DNA of 61,081 bases from a virus (taxonomy: Duplodnaviria; Caudoviricetes), in IMG/VR virus record IMGVR_UViG_3300039308_000035, one strand, 5' to 3'. Positions 1 through 9,100 of the stretch are shown here, one piece after another. Numbering within the stretch: the stretch's first letter is position 1; the number at the start of each line of letters is the position of its first letter. The notes beneath the pieces are model-generated. The model saw only the letters and a program-made list of their open reading frames with translations, did not search any database and was not told where the DNA came from. The translations under genes and the position numbers were made by a program.

Positions 1-1554
1 TTAGTCCACCATGCCCCCGGCAAAGCCCACAACAATTGCACTCTCTTGATAGTTTGCCCCAGAGTTGATGGCAAATCCCTGGAGTTGAGGGATGAATATC
101 TGTTCTTCCTCCGCCGAGGTGGTCAGGTCGATCGTGCAGCTGCTGCCCTCGGACTGGAAGGGATAGATTTGTAGGCTCAAGTTCAGCCCCTCGTCTGCCA
201 TGAGTTTGGCGATCGTCACAATTTGTTCTAGGGGGATTGGATATTCCAGCTTGGGCGATTCGCGAATTTGGAACAGTTGCTGCTGGTCAGGGTCGAGATT
301 GATCCACGGACTGTCCAAATACTGCGAGATGCAGATGTGAGAGTCGGGTCCCACGACAAAATCATCCGGCAAAGAGTTTGCCAATGACTTGCGCCAACTC
401 TCCGAAAGCTGGACTTCAGTAACCTCTTCTCCCAGGACTTGGAAGTGCTTTAGCGTGGCGTTTGGAAGTTTGAAATCAGCATGGCTCTTACCATCGGGAC
501 TGATGGAAACTCTTGCCCAAACAGATTGCCCAATGCCACCAGAGTAGTCAGTGGTAAAAACTTTGATGGGACTGCCGTTCGATCGCCCAATCCAAAACTG
601 AGTTTCGTAGACTGGCACCAGCTCAGTGTAGGCATCTTGGGCAGGGTAGATCAGTTCAGGAGGTTGGTAGGGACGAACCAAGATGTCTTCCAGCAGTTCC
701 CATTCCAAATTTTCGGGAGTGGTATTCACAGGTGCATTAGGGCTGGAATACTCTCGGAAGTAAATCTGAGGGAGGGGTGGATTTTCCCCTTCAAGGATGT
801 ACCTGCCCACAATCACGTCAGCGCCAACAGCCTCAACAGTATCGGGTGTGATTTGGTCGTAGAGGAAGTTGATGTTTGTGTAGTTGTCTTCCCACGGTCC
901 ACGCAAAAAGAGTTCGTCGGTATTTGGGGGAGTCGCTAACCAATCCTCAAATCCCGAATAAACCCAAAGCCCAACATCCCGTTGATACGATCGGGCGAAG
1001 AAGTATCGTGGGGTTGCAGCTGCGTCCCATCCGGTAGGCTTGTCAGTTAGCGCCGATGCCCAATAGAGTTTATATCGAAGCTCTGGAATTGGCTCAGAGT
1101 ATATGTCTGGAGTGGCAGGATGGAATACCTCATCGATGCGTTTGAGTGCTTTCTTGCGAATCAGCACTGAAATTTGTGGCTCTGGTTCCCCTGGCGTAAA
1201 GGAAGGTCTGGGGTTGGGGCGAGTGTGTGGCTTGTAGTTTGCTGCAATCCGTTGGGTGTCGAGGTCTTTGTATAGGATGAGTGGATCACCCCCCATCAAA
1301 CCGCCATCTGAGAGGAATGCGTCGATCGCAAATATGCCCAAGACAGTCTTAGCCCAGTGCCGTCCATTTCGGTAGCCTTCGTATGTGCCTGGCAGGATCT
1401 GCCAATCTTGGTTTAGGGAAAGTCGATCGCCAACCTGCCCCACCTGATTAAATCTGGATTGAGCGTGTTTTGCTCGAGCAAGCTCCAACAGGTCGGCTTT
1501 GTTCTTCTTCCAGATGACCAGCGGAGTGTTCCAAATGTAGTCATCAACATTCAT
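1..1554 (-). CDS. Hypothetical protein, probably tail-associated
   Basis: 517-aa ORF co-oriented at the distal end of the tail operon; no motif recognised. Confidence 0.6.
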   Translation of the reverse strand: MNVDDYIWNTPLVIWKKNKADLLELARAKHAQSRFNQVGQVGDRLSLNQDWQILPGTYEGYRNGRHWAKTVLGIFAIDAFLSDGGLMGGDPLILYKDLDTQRIAANYKPHTRPNPRPSFTPGEPEPQISVLIRKKALKRIDEVFHPATPDIYSEPIPELRYKLYWASALTDKPTGWDAAATPRYFFARSYQRDVGLWVYSGFEDWLATPPNTDELFLRGPWEDNYTNINFLYDQITPDTVEAVGADVIVGRYILEGENPPLPQIYFREYSSPNAPVNTTPENLEWELLEDILVRPYQPPELIYPAQDAYTELVPVYETQFWIGRSNGSPIKVFTTDYSGGIGQSVWARVSISPDGKSHADFKLPNATLKHFQVLGEEVTEVQLSESWRKSLANSLPDDFVVGPDSHICISQYLDSPWINLDPDQQQLFQIRESPKLEYPIPLEQIVTIAKLMADEGLNLSLQIYPFQSEGSSCTIDLTTSAEEEQIFIPQLQGFAINSGANYQESAIVVGFAGGMVD

Positions 1555-1559
1555 TAGCC

Positions 1560-2207
1560 TTAGCCCAAAGAACGAAAACGAGCAAAGAAGGGATAGGGTT
1601 GACCCGCCGAAACTGTGGTCAATGCCAACTCATTAGAGCTATTGGCAAGTCTCCCATTGGCATAAATGAACCGCAGGGAACCAACCCCAATATCCTGAAT
1701 GTCAACCTTGTCCGTTCGTGCCTGGTCGTTGAAGAATTCCAAATAGTTCGCATCCACCACACCCAGGTAATAGCGTTTGATCAGCATTCCCGTTGGTTGA
1801 GTTGCGCCAACCACAAACCCGAAATCACCATTGACACATCCGTGGAGTGGCACATTAGCGCGATCGGTGATTGGGTCTACAGTGCATGGTTTGTTGGAGT
1901 TTGCTCCTCTGCCCTGCCATGCTGCTACGAAGTTGAGTTGCCATCCAGCTCCAGCAGGTGCTTCGATAAATTGCCCACTTTGGTCGGCAACTGCATAGCC
2001 CAATTCGTTGTTCCAGGTCATCGTAGATGTCGTGAAGGCTTGTGATTGATAGCCTCCAGCGGTCTGGATTGCTTCACCAGCAAGAATAATTGCTGGATCA
2101 GTTAGGGGTGTAACAGGGTCATCCAGCAGGCAGGCGATAACGCGAATGTTACCAAATGCTAGAGCAGTGTTGCCAACGAGTTCCATCCATTCTTTCGATG
2201 CAGTCAT
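1560..2207 (-). CDS. Putative tail tip/structural protein
   Basis: ATG at 2207 preceded by AAGGAG RBS (MTASKEW...); lies in the tail operon. Confidence 0.6.
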   Translation of the reverse strand: MTASKEWMELVGNTALAFGNIRVIACLLDDPVTPLTDPAIILAGEAIQTAGGYQSQAFTTSTMTWNNELGYAVADQSGQFIEAPAGAGWQLNFVAAWQGRGANSNKPCTVDPITDRANVPLHGCVNGDFGFVVGATQPTGMLIKRYYLGVVDANYLEFFNDQARTDKVDIQDIGVGSLRFIYANGRLANSSNELALTTVSAGQPYPFFARFRSLG

Positions 2208-2217
2208 ATCAATCTCC

Positions 2218-5200
2218 TTAGAAATAAACAACCTTGAGTTCATCGACATCCATCCCAACTACAGTTGAAGTGCCGACAAATAAATCAGTGTCTTCAAGTG
2301 GGAAATAGCTTCCAGACATGGCACTGTCAACCCATTCACCAACCTGCATTGAAACCACATGAGTGTCAGGGAAGTATTCCAGGGCAACGGAATACCACGT
2401 ATTAATCTCAATTTCGGAGTAGTTGATTGTGCAAGCAGTGGTGGTTGAAGTTGAGTTGCGAATGCCAAACCTGAATTGACTTGTGCTTACAGTAAAGAAC
2501 CACTGGGTAACAATTCCCCCACTGCCACCAGGAATAGTTCCAAGTGAGCGCAGAATATTCGATGCAGAGGTTGGAAGTTCCGTAAACCTAATCTGGCAGG
2601 TAATCTTCCAGTGAGCATCGGCAAAAATAACAGCACCCGGATCTGTTCTTAATCCTGAACTTCGCGTGTCGAGATGGAGAGCATTGCCACCCTCAAAACC
2701 ATCGGTTAATGATGGAGAACCAATAGGAAGGTTGAAGGTCAATCCTGCAATCTCATCTGTCCATGTTGCATCCTCAAACTTCCAGTAGTAGCTAGGGGAT
2801 GGATCAGTGTCAGGAGGTTCAGGGAAAGTAAATGCAAATGAGTTCTCGATCGTGATGTAGAAGATTGGGGTCGGAGTAATCTCAAATCCTGACTCAATCG
2901 TCAGTGGCACAAATGCCCGGATATCAAAGCCAGTCTCGATCGTGGTTGTAAATTCCAGTGGGGTAAGAGTTTTGATTGGTAACGGCAGTTCTTGCCATTC
3001 AAATGAGTTTTCTGCCCCAAATACTAATTGGTGAAGAATGCCAACTGAAGGGATATAGGATTGGGTGGAATATTCATCAGGAGAAACAGCAGTTAGGGGT
3101 TGAGGATCGGGATCTGCTGCAAGTAGGACAGGGAGAGGATCGTAGGGGTAGGTATCAGGAAGCTTAAATCTCCCAATCAGGTTGCAAGTCGCAATTGCAA
3201 TCGCTTCATCTGAGGCAAATGTCCAGGTAACAGAGTCCACGATGCCCATGTAGAGTGAGCCATAGTAATCCCCGTCAATTCGGGAGAATGGTGCATAGCT
3301 AAACCACTCGTCACGAAAAGGGGTAACAATCTCAAATTGCTTGTGTCTTTGCCCGTAGAGCATGGCAAATTTATCCGCAAGCTTTTGGGCTTGTTCTTGT
3401 GATTCAAGTCCATCAACTCTAATTTCTAGATTGCGGTCTGAACTGCCGGAATTGCCCCCATCGTATTGGATTTGAGCAGTTGCGCTAATCTCTGTTGAGT
3501 CAATTCTAATTGTTTTGTTTTTGCGCTTTGCTTTAGCGGGTTTGCGTTCTGCTTGAGGAGGTTGGATGTTTCCGGTGGTTGAGTCGCTAGATTCATCTTT
3601 GGTAACAGCAAGGCTAAGGAATCGCGCAATTCCACCACTTCTGACCTGACCCGCCTGCATTTCAAACTCATTCTTTGCCCACTGACGATAGGAATTCTTG
3701 CGATAGGATTCTTCCTGAATACTGGAGATTCTTAAATTCTTTTCATTGGTTAGCCGATGCTTTTGCCAGTCGTTCGCAGCTCCAGCAATCTGCCCTAGTG
3801 GTCTACGGGTAACTTTAGCAATCTTACGAACTTGGTCGTCAGAATCTTCCGAACTGACAGCATTTGAACCACCAATAAAGCCCTTGGGAACTAAGTCTTC
3901 TTGACATGAGTAGGTGTAGTCGACTTGCCAAAACTCTGAGGGTGTTAGACCTGCAAAGTTATAGAATCTGCGTCTTCCAGGAGCAGCAAAAAGAGGAATT
4001 GTCTTTTTGTAGTAGTCAAAAAGCAGGCTACCCGCTGTTTCGTAGCTCTCAAATGTTTTCCGGAGCAAGCGACCACCTTCACCCGCTTCGTAGTAAGAGG
4101 TTTCTTTGCTGTAGAAACTTGGGATTAACCGAAAGGCATCGATCGGTATGTGTGTTACGCCAGGAGGTAGGGATTTTTCGTAAATATCGTAGAGCTCCTG
4201 GGGAACGCACAGCCCTCGTGCCTTCTGCTCTTCAACCTCTTTGATAAAAACTGAATCTCCGCGCCAACCCCAAGATTCAGTGCGAGTTCCAGCAAGTGTT
4301 TTATCACTCGTACCATCTGGGTGGATTTGATTGCCAGATAAATACCGAGTCGATGTAGCTCTGCCACTTCTGGGATCAGTTTTGAGGTTGCTAATGCCCC
4401 CACCATCGTAGAATCCCCCATCGTCCCCATCATCGCCACTGTCACCGTTCCCCCCAGAACCACCTCCTGATCCAGGTCCACCACTGCCGTCATCGGAATC
4501 ATCTGCTGCATCCGCGATCGAACCAACAACTGTTATGGAGTCCAGAGGTTGCATCTCGCCTTGGACAAACCGAAAGCTTCCGGCATCATCCCTACCAATT
4601 TTGTGGAGGAATAGACGTTTCTTTGGGTTGGTGGAGATAGGGGCAGTGGCAATCTTACCTGAGCCGTTCTGGTAGGTGGCTTGAGCCAACGGCAATGCCA
4701 GTTCTGAAACTACCCGGATCGCAGGTTTGTTATTGGTTTGGTAGCTATTAAGTTTGGAGTTAGAAAGTGAGCTACCTAATGATTCAGAGGCTACACCGAC
4801 AGGCAAAGTTTTTTGAAAAGCAACTGCCCTGCTAAAGCTTGAACCGGTTCCTAAAGATTCCCCAGTCAGAGTTTGTGATTTGGATTTGGTTTGAGAGTTG
4901 TAAGTCCCCCAGTCTGCCAATTCCAAACTCACAGACCAATTGCCGGGATATGGAGGCTGAGGGACAGAGAGAAGGTAGAAGTAGCCTCTGGGGTGGGGTC
5001 GATAGTTGCCAGCACCAACGCTAACCCAAATAATCACATGATTGCCCTTAGCCCAACGTGATGGGTTTTCCCAGCTAGAGAAGCGATCGTCGAAATGATC
5101 CAGGTCTAGCGATACGGTTGCAGTTGTTGAGATGATGCCATCATCTGACATGGAGTTCTCGGTAATCGAGACAAAACCGCCGCTGCCACCACTGCACCAG

Positions 5201-5289
5201 TCGGTTACTTCAAACCCTGTGGTAGTGTCCTCTCCCGGTCTGCATACCCAAACTCTAAGGCGACGGGCAACCGCATCAACGATAGACAT
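2218..5289 (-). CDS. Large tail tip/hub protein with C-terminal LamG/concanavalin-like domain
   Basis: 1023 aa, second gene after the tape measure; Gly/Asp-rich linker; C-terminus YWKFED...NTWYSVAL...MDVDELKV is LamG-like. Confidence 0.65.
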   Translation of the reverse strand: MSIVDAVARRLRVWVCRPGEDTTTGFEVTDWCSGGSGGFVSITENSMSDDGIISTTATVSLDLDHFDDRFSSWENPSRWAKGNHVIIWVSVGAGNYRPHPRGYFYLLSVPQPPYPGNWSVSLELADWGTYNSQTKSKSQTLTGESLGTGSSFSRAVAFQKTLPVGVASESLGSSLSNSKLNSYQTNNKPAIRVVSELALPLAQATYQNGSGKIATAPISTNPKKRLFLHKIGRDDAGSFRFVQGEMQPLDSITVVGSIADAADDSDDGSGGPGSGGGSGGNGDSGDDGDDGGFYDGGGISNLKTDPRSGRATSTRYLSGNQIHPDGTSDKTLAGTRTESWGWRGDSVFIKEVEEQKARGLCVPQELYDIYEKSLPPGVTHIPIDAFRLIPSFYSKETSYYEAGEGGRLLRKTFESYETAGSLLFDYYKKTIPLFAAPGRRRFYNFAGLTPSEFWQVDYTYSCQEDLVPKGFIGGSNAVSSEDSDDQVRKIAKVTRRPLGQIAGAANDWQKHRLTNEKNLRISSIQEESYRKNSYRQWAKNEFEMQAGQVRSGGIARFLSLAVTKDESSDSTTGNIQPPQAERKPAKAKRKNKTIRIDSTEISATAQIQYDGGNSGSSDRNLEIRVDGLESQEQAQKLADKFAMLYGQRHKQFEIVTPFRDEWFSYAPFSRIDGDYYGSLYMGIVDSVTWTFASDEAIAIATCNLIGRFKLPDTYPYDPLPVLLAADPDPQPLTAVSPDEYSTQSYIPSVGILHQLVFGAENSFEWQELPLPIKTLTPLEFTTTIETGFDIRAFVPLTIESGFEITPTPIFYITIENSFAFTFPEPPDTDPSPSYYWKFEDATWTDEIAGLTFNLPIGSPSLTDGFEGGNALHLDTRSSGLRTDPGAVIFADAHWKITCQIRFTELPTSASNILRSLGTIPGGSGGIVTQWFFTVSTSQFRFGIRNSTSTTTACTINYSEIEINTWYSVALEYFPDTHVVSMQVGEWVDSAMSGSYFPLEDTDLFVGTSTVVGMDVDELKVVYF

Positions 5290-5780
5290 TAGGGTGATGT
5301 CCTCCCCGATTCGTAGAGGGTGAAAGAAGCTGCTCTTTTCTTGCCCTTGTTGAAATAAACAGGTTGTTTGTCCATCCAGCAGAGGAAAGTTGCAAAGTAG
5401 TCGGCGTAGGCAACCCCGAGCCCTGCATAGGTTTCAATCACATCGGTATTGGGTACAGCTCCCCGGCTACGCGGGAGGAGTTCACGGAATGGGCGAGTTT
5501 GATCCATGACCAGAATATGGGCAGGTTGCTTATTGCTCCGTTGGTGTTCATGCCAGATCCAAATCAAATCGAGATCTCGCTCCTGGGCTGGAGTGATGTA
5601 GGCATTGACGTTGAAGGAGCAGGGGATCTTGTAGATCGGTCCAGATTCTGAGATAGCCCCAGTTGCCTGATATTTAATGCTCTTTTGGGCAGCCATATCG
5701 GCATCAATGCGCGGATAAGCATCATCGGCAAACTTGTCGAATGACACTGAGATTCCGGCGATAGAAATGGTTAGGGGCAT
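5289..5780 (-). CDS. Putative distal tail protein
   Basis: 163 aa, first gene after the tape measure, overlaps the start of the next gene. Confidence 0.55.
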   Translation of the reverse strand: MPLTISIAGISVSFDKFADDAYPRIDADMAAQKSIKYQATGAISESGPIYKIPCSFNVNAYITPAQERDLDLIWIWHEHQRSNKQPAHILVMDQTRPFRELLPRSRGAVPNTDVIETYAGLGVAYADYFATFLCWMDKQPVYFNKGKKRAASFTLYESGRTSP

Positions 5781-5803
5781 AGGGGTTCGATCGAATCTGC
5801 GGT

Positions 5804-5812
5804 AGAGTTCCC
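5804..5812 (-). promoter_or_regulatory. J-box-like late promoter element GGGAACTCT
   Basis: 24 nt upstream of ATG 5780; a second variant GGGAAGTCT lies at 5839-5847. Confidence 0.65.
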
Positions 5813-5857
5813 CAGTTGTCCCAGCTTGGGTTCCTTAAAGACTTCCCAGAGCGTGGA

Positions 5858-5886
5858 TTGACACCACTTAAAGAGCTGTTTACTGT
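5858..5886 (+). promoter_or_regulatory. Sigma70-type promoter
   Basis: TTGACA-17 nt-TACTGT, pointing antisense into the tRNA-like element. Confidence 0.6.
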
Positions 5887-5938
5887 GAAGACATGGGGCT
5901 GGTCATTCTAGTCCTGTCTCCTAAATTGGAGTAAAGGT

Positions 5939-6013
5939 GTGTCTCGTCTGGGACTCGAACCCAGAGCCTGGAACTTAGTAGGGACCTGCTCTGTCCGTTT
6001 GAGCTACGAGGGC
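5939..6013 (-). tRNA. Degenerate/pseudo tRNA, possibly Arg-derived; anticodon loop CT-ACT-AA
   Basis: Minus strand GCCCTCGTAGCTCAAACGGACAGAGCA...CTGGGTTCGAGTCCCAG has intact D and T arms, but mismatched acceptor and anticodon stems and no CCA. Confidence 0.6.
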
Positions 6014-6028
6014 ACAACACATATACAG

Positions 6029-6071
6029 CAAGGCAACCTTTTCTTTGGACGGGGGGGTCGCCTTGTTATTT
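6029..6071 (+). terminator. Hairpin/putative terminator
   Basis: CAAGGCAACC...GGTCGCCTTG followed by TTATTT. Confidence 0.4.
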
Positions 6072-6105
6072 CGTCGGCAGCAAAACCTGAAGTGCAGATC
6101 AGGTT

Positions 6106-9100
6106 TTACCAACCCCTCGATCGAAGCTGGTTTTTGCTGATGTCGTTATGCGCCTTAGTTGCCGCCTGCATGTCCTCAGCACTGCCCACATAAATATTGG
6201 GGCGATTGAGTCCCTGCTTAAAGACTGCGGTTAGAATATCGAGCTTGCTTGACAGATCTTTATTACCAGCCGCGATCGTGCTGATCGCCTGCGAGGACTG
6301 CTGTGATTGTCCTCCAGCTTGGATGTCGCTCATTGGCGATTTCAGATTGAGCGAGGGAGACTTGCTGCTTCGACTGAGATCGCTAATACCAGAAGCGTTG
6401 ATTCGATAGCTCATCACGCGCCCATCTGCCCCAATGTACTGACTTCTAGGGTCGAAATTGGCGTACTGCGCCTTGAGCCGATCGAGCTGGGTCGTGTGGT
6501 CAGCCGCGCTTCGCAATGGCTTATCTCGATCGGGTGAGTAGTCACGATCGGCGGGCCCGTCATAATCTGCCCCTTGAAAGCCAGTGGTTGAGTAGTTGTG
6601 GTACTCCACGCCACTGTGGTTTGGGTCTGTGGTTACCTGCTCATTCGATGCAGGCTTATCAGATGAACTGCTGCTCGAACTTGAAGACGTCGATCGCGCC
6701 TGTTGCCGTTGTGCTTCTGCCTCAACCTGCTGCTGTGCCTGCTTCTCGCGTGAAATCTGTTGCTGGGCGGCGAGGTTCTGTCGCGCTAATTGATTGAGCT
6801 GATCTTGCTGTGCAATGCTCTGATTAACTGCCTCAACCTGCTGCTTCCGCAGGTCAAGCACCTGCTGTAAGGCTGAAATTTCCTGAGCAGAAGCATTCCG
6901 GGCTTCAGCTTGCTTTAGTGCCGCCTCTGCCTCAAGTACATTAATTCTTGATTGAATTTGTTCTTTCTCCAACTCAATCGCCTTGATCTTCTCCTGCAGA
7001 TCAAGCTGCTGCCTCTGAGTTTCAAGCTGCTGCTCAAGCTGGTTTCCTTGCAGGTCAAGTGATTGCTGCTTGAGGCGTTCAACCTCATTCTGATTTCCAC
7101 TTGCTTCGGCAATGGCGATTTGAGTATTTAAACGCTCTGCCGCTAACGTGTTCAGTGACTCCTGTAAATCCGATTGTGCCGTTAACAAATCGGATTGAGA
7201 CTGATATGAATTTTTCTGTAAATCCAGTAGTTCAGAGGTGGTCTTAATCTTGGATTCTAGTGCCGAATATTGGTCCTCAATTGCCTTCACCGCAGCATCA
7301 CGCGCTGTCTGCTGTGCCTGGATCTCTTTATCCAATCGATCGAGGTTCAGTTGCCCCAACTCCTGAATTAAAGCCTTCTCTTTATCCGCTGCCTCCTGAG
7401 CTGAAATAGTTCCGGCTGCTCTAGCATCTCGGATTTGGGCTAATTCATTTTGTTTAGCAGCGATCGTCTGATTAGCTGATTCAAGTTGAATTTGCTCAAT
7501 CTGCTGAGCTGCTTCCTTCTCCCCTAGAACGCCTGACAGTTGTGCCTGTTTAACTGCAGCAATGCGGGTGTTCTGGCTGTTGGCGATCGCAGTTTCAGCT
7601 TCCTTCGTCGCATTCTCAATGTCATTTAATGCCTGCTTTCGGGCTGCAACTTCAGCATCAATTTGTTGGATTTTGAGCTGTTGTAGATCGGCTCCCAGTG
7701 TTGCAAGTCGCTTATTTGCCTCTTCTTCGTCTAAGACCCCTTGTGCCCTGAGCTGCTTAACTCCTGCTATCTCCTGTTGTTTTTGCTCAATCTGACTGCC
7801 GATCGTCTCCCGTTGAATTGCGGCAATCTGTTCAGCCGCTTCCTTCTCCCCTAGAACGCCTGCTGCCTGGGCTGCTTTAACGGCAATGATGCGATCGTTT
7901 TGGGCAGAGGTAATGGCGTTTTTCTGAGCTTCAGCCGATTGCTCAAAGTCTTTAATCTTGTCCTGATTGGCGTCTTTTTGTGCCTGTAACTCCTCATCAA
8001 TCTTTTGCAGGTTTAGCTGACTGAGCTTGTCCTGAATTTCAGACTCCTGCTGAGCTGCATCCTCTTTGCTAATCACGCCCTGCTGGAGCAGCTGCTGAAC
8101 CTGCTTTAATCGGCTCTGTTGCTGAGTAATCTCCTGATTGGTTGAACTCTGTTGAACTGCCGCAATTTGTTTCGCCGCTTCCTCTTCAGAAATTTTGCCT
8201 TCTAACTGTCGCTGCTTAATTGCTTGAATTCTGGCATTCTCCGATCGCTGGGTTGCTGCTTCTGCCTCCTGATTGGCTTTCTGGAGGTCCGAAATTTGCT
8301 GATCATTTGCCTGCTGCTTGGCAGTGGTGACGTTCTGCGCTGATTTAATTCGAGTCTGAGCTGTCTCTAACTCCAACTGCTGAAGTTGAGTCTGTAGCTC
8401 CTTCTCCTGGTCCGCTGAAAGTGTGGCGCTGTTTGGGTCGATCGCCTTCAGTTTGGCGTTGCGCTCCAACTCTGTTTTGATTTTGGCAATGCTGTCCTGA
8501 TTGAGCTTCAACTTCTGCTGCAAATAAGCCTGCTCTGCATCAAGTGACTGCTGCCGGGCCTGTTCTTCGGTGATTTGCCCTTTTGCTAATGCTTCAGTAA
8601 TCTGTATCTGCTTATCGCTGTAGCTCGATTCGATCTCCTGATTCGATTTTTTATAACTGGTGGCGATCGTCTCGTTGGTGGTGACAGCTTTATTGGCTAA
8701 ACCATCCAGCGCCGTTTTCTCCTGCTCGATCGCTGCTATCTGGTTCTCATAGCCTGCTTTTAGGGATTTGTAGGTATCCATGCCCAACTTTCCTGGGTCA
8801 AGGTTCTGCAAATTCTGCTTTGCCTGAGCCAGTGAATTATTGAGGGCGGATTGATAAGCCAGAACCTCTTTCTGAGCTTTGGATCGATCGGCTAGGAGGG
8901 CATTCTCTTCAGCCCGAATTGCCGCAACTGCTTTAGCATCCTTTGGATCAAGCCCTAGTTTGCGCTGCTCAATTTGTTTCAACTGAGCATCAATTTGCTT
9001 TAGTCCATTAATCGCATTATTTGGGTCAACTCGGAATTCGGCTGATTTTTGGGTAATACCTTGGACGCGATCGGAGAAGTCTTGCAAGGCTGCAAGCTGG

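Noticed and set aside
4395-4510. GC-rich low-complexity tract
   Set aside because: Encodes a Gly/Asp/Ser linker in the tail protein
1-5289. Diversity-generating retroelement or invertible tail-fibre cassette
   Set aside because: No reverse transcriptase, no TR/VR pair and no invertase-flanked repeats seen
5939-6013. Functional tRNA-Ser(ACT) or an attB-derived tRNA fragment
   Set aside because: Acceptor and anticodon stems are mismatched, there is no long variable arm, and no integrase is adjacent
5939-6193. 84-aa plus-strand ORF
   Set aside because: Shadow of the tRNA-like element and the tape measure 3' end; no protein features
7300-8700. Internal repeats in the tape measure gene as a separate element
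   Set aside because: Ordinary helical repeats of tape measure proteins
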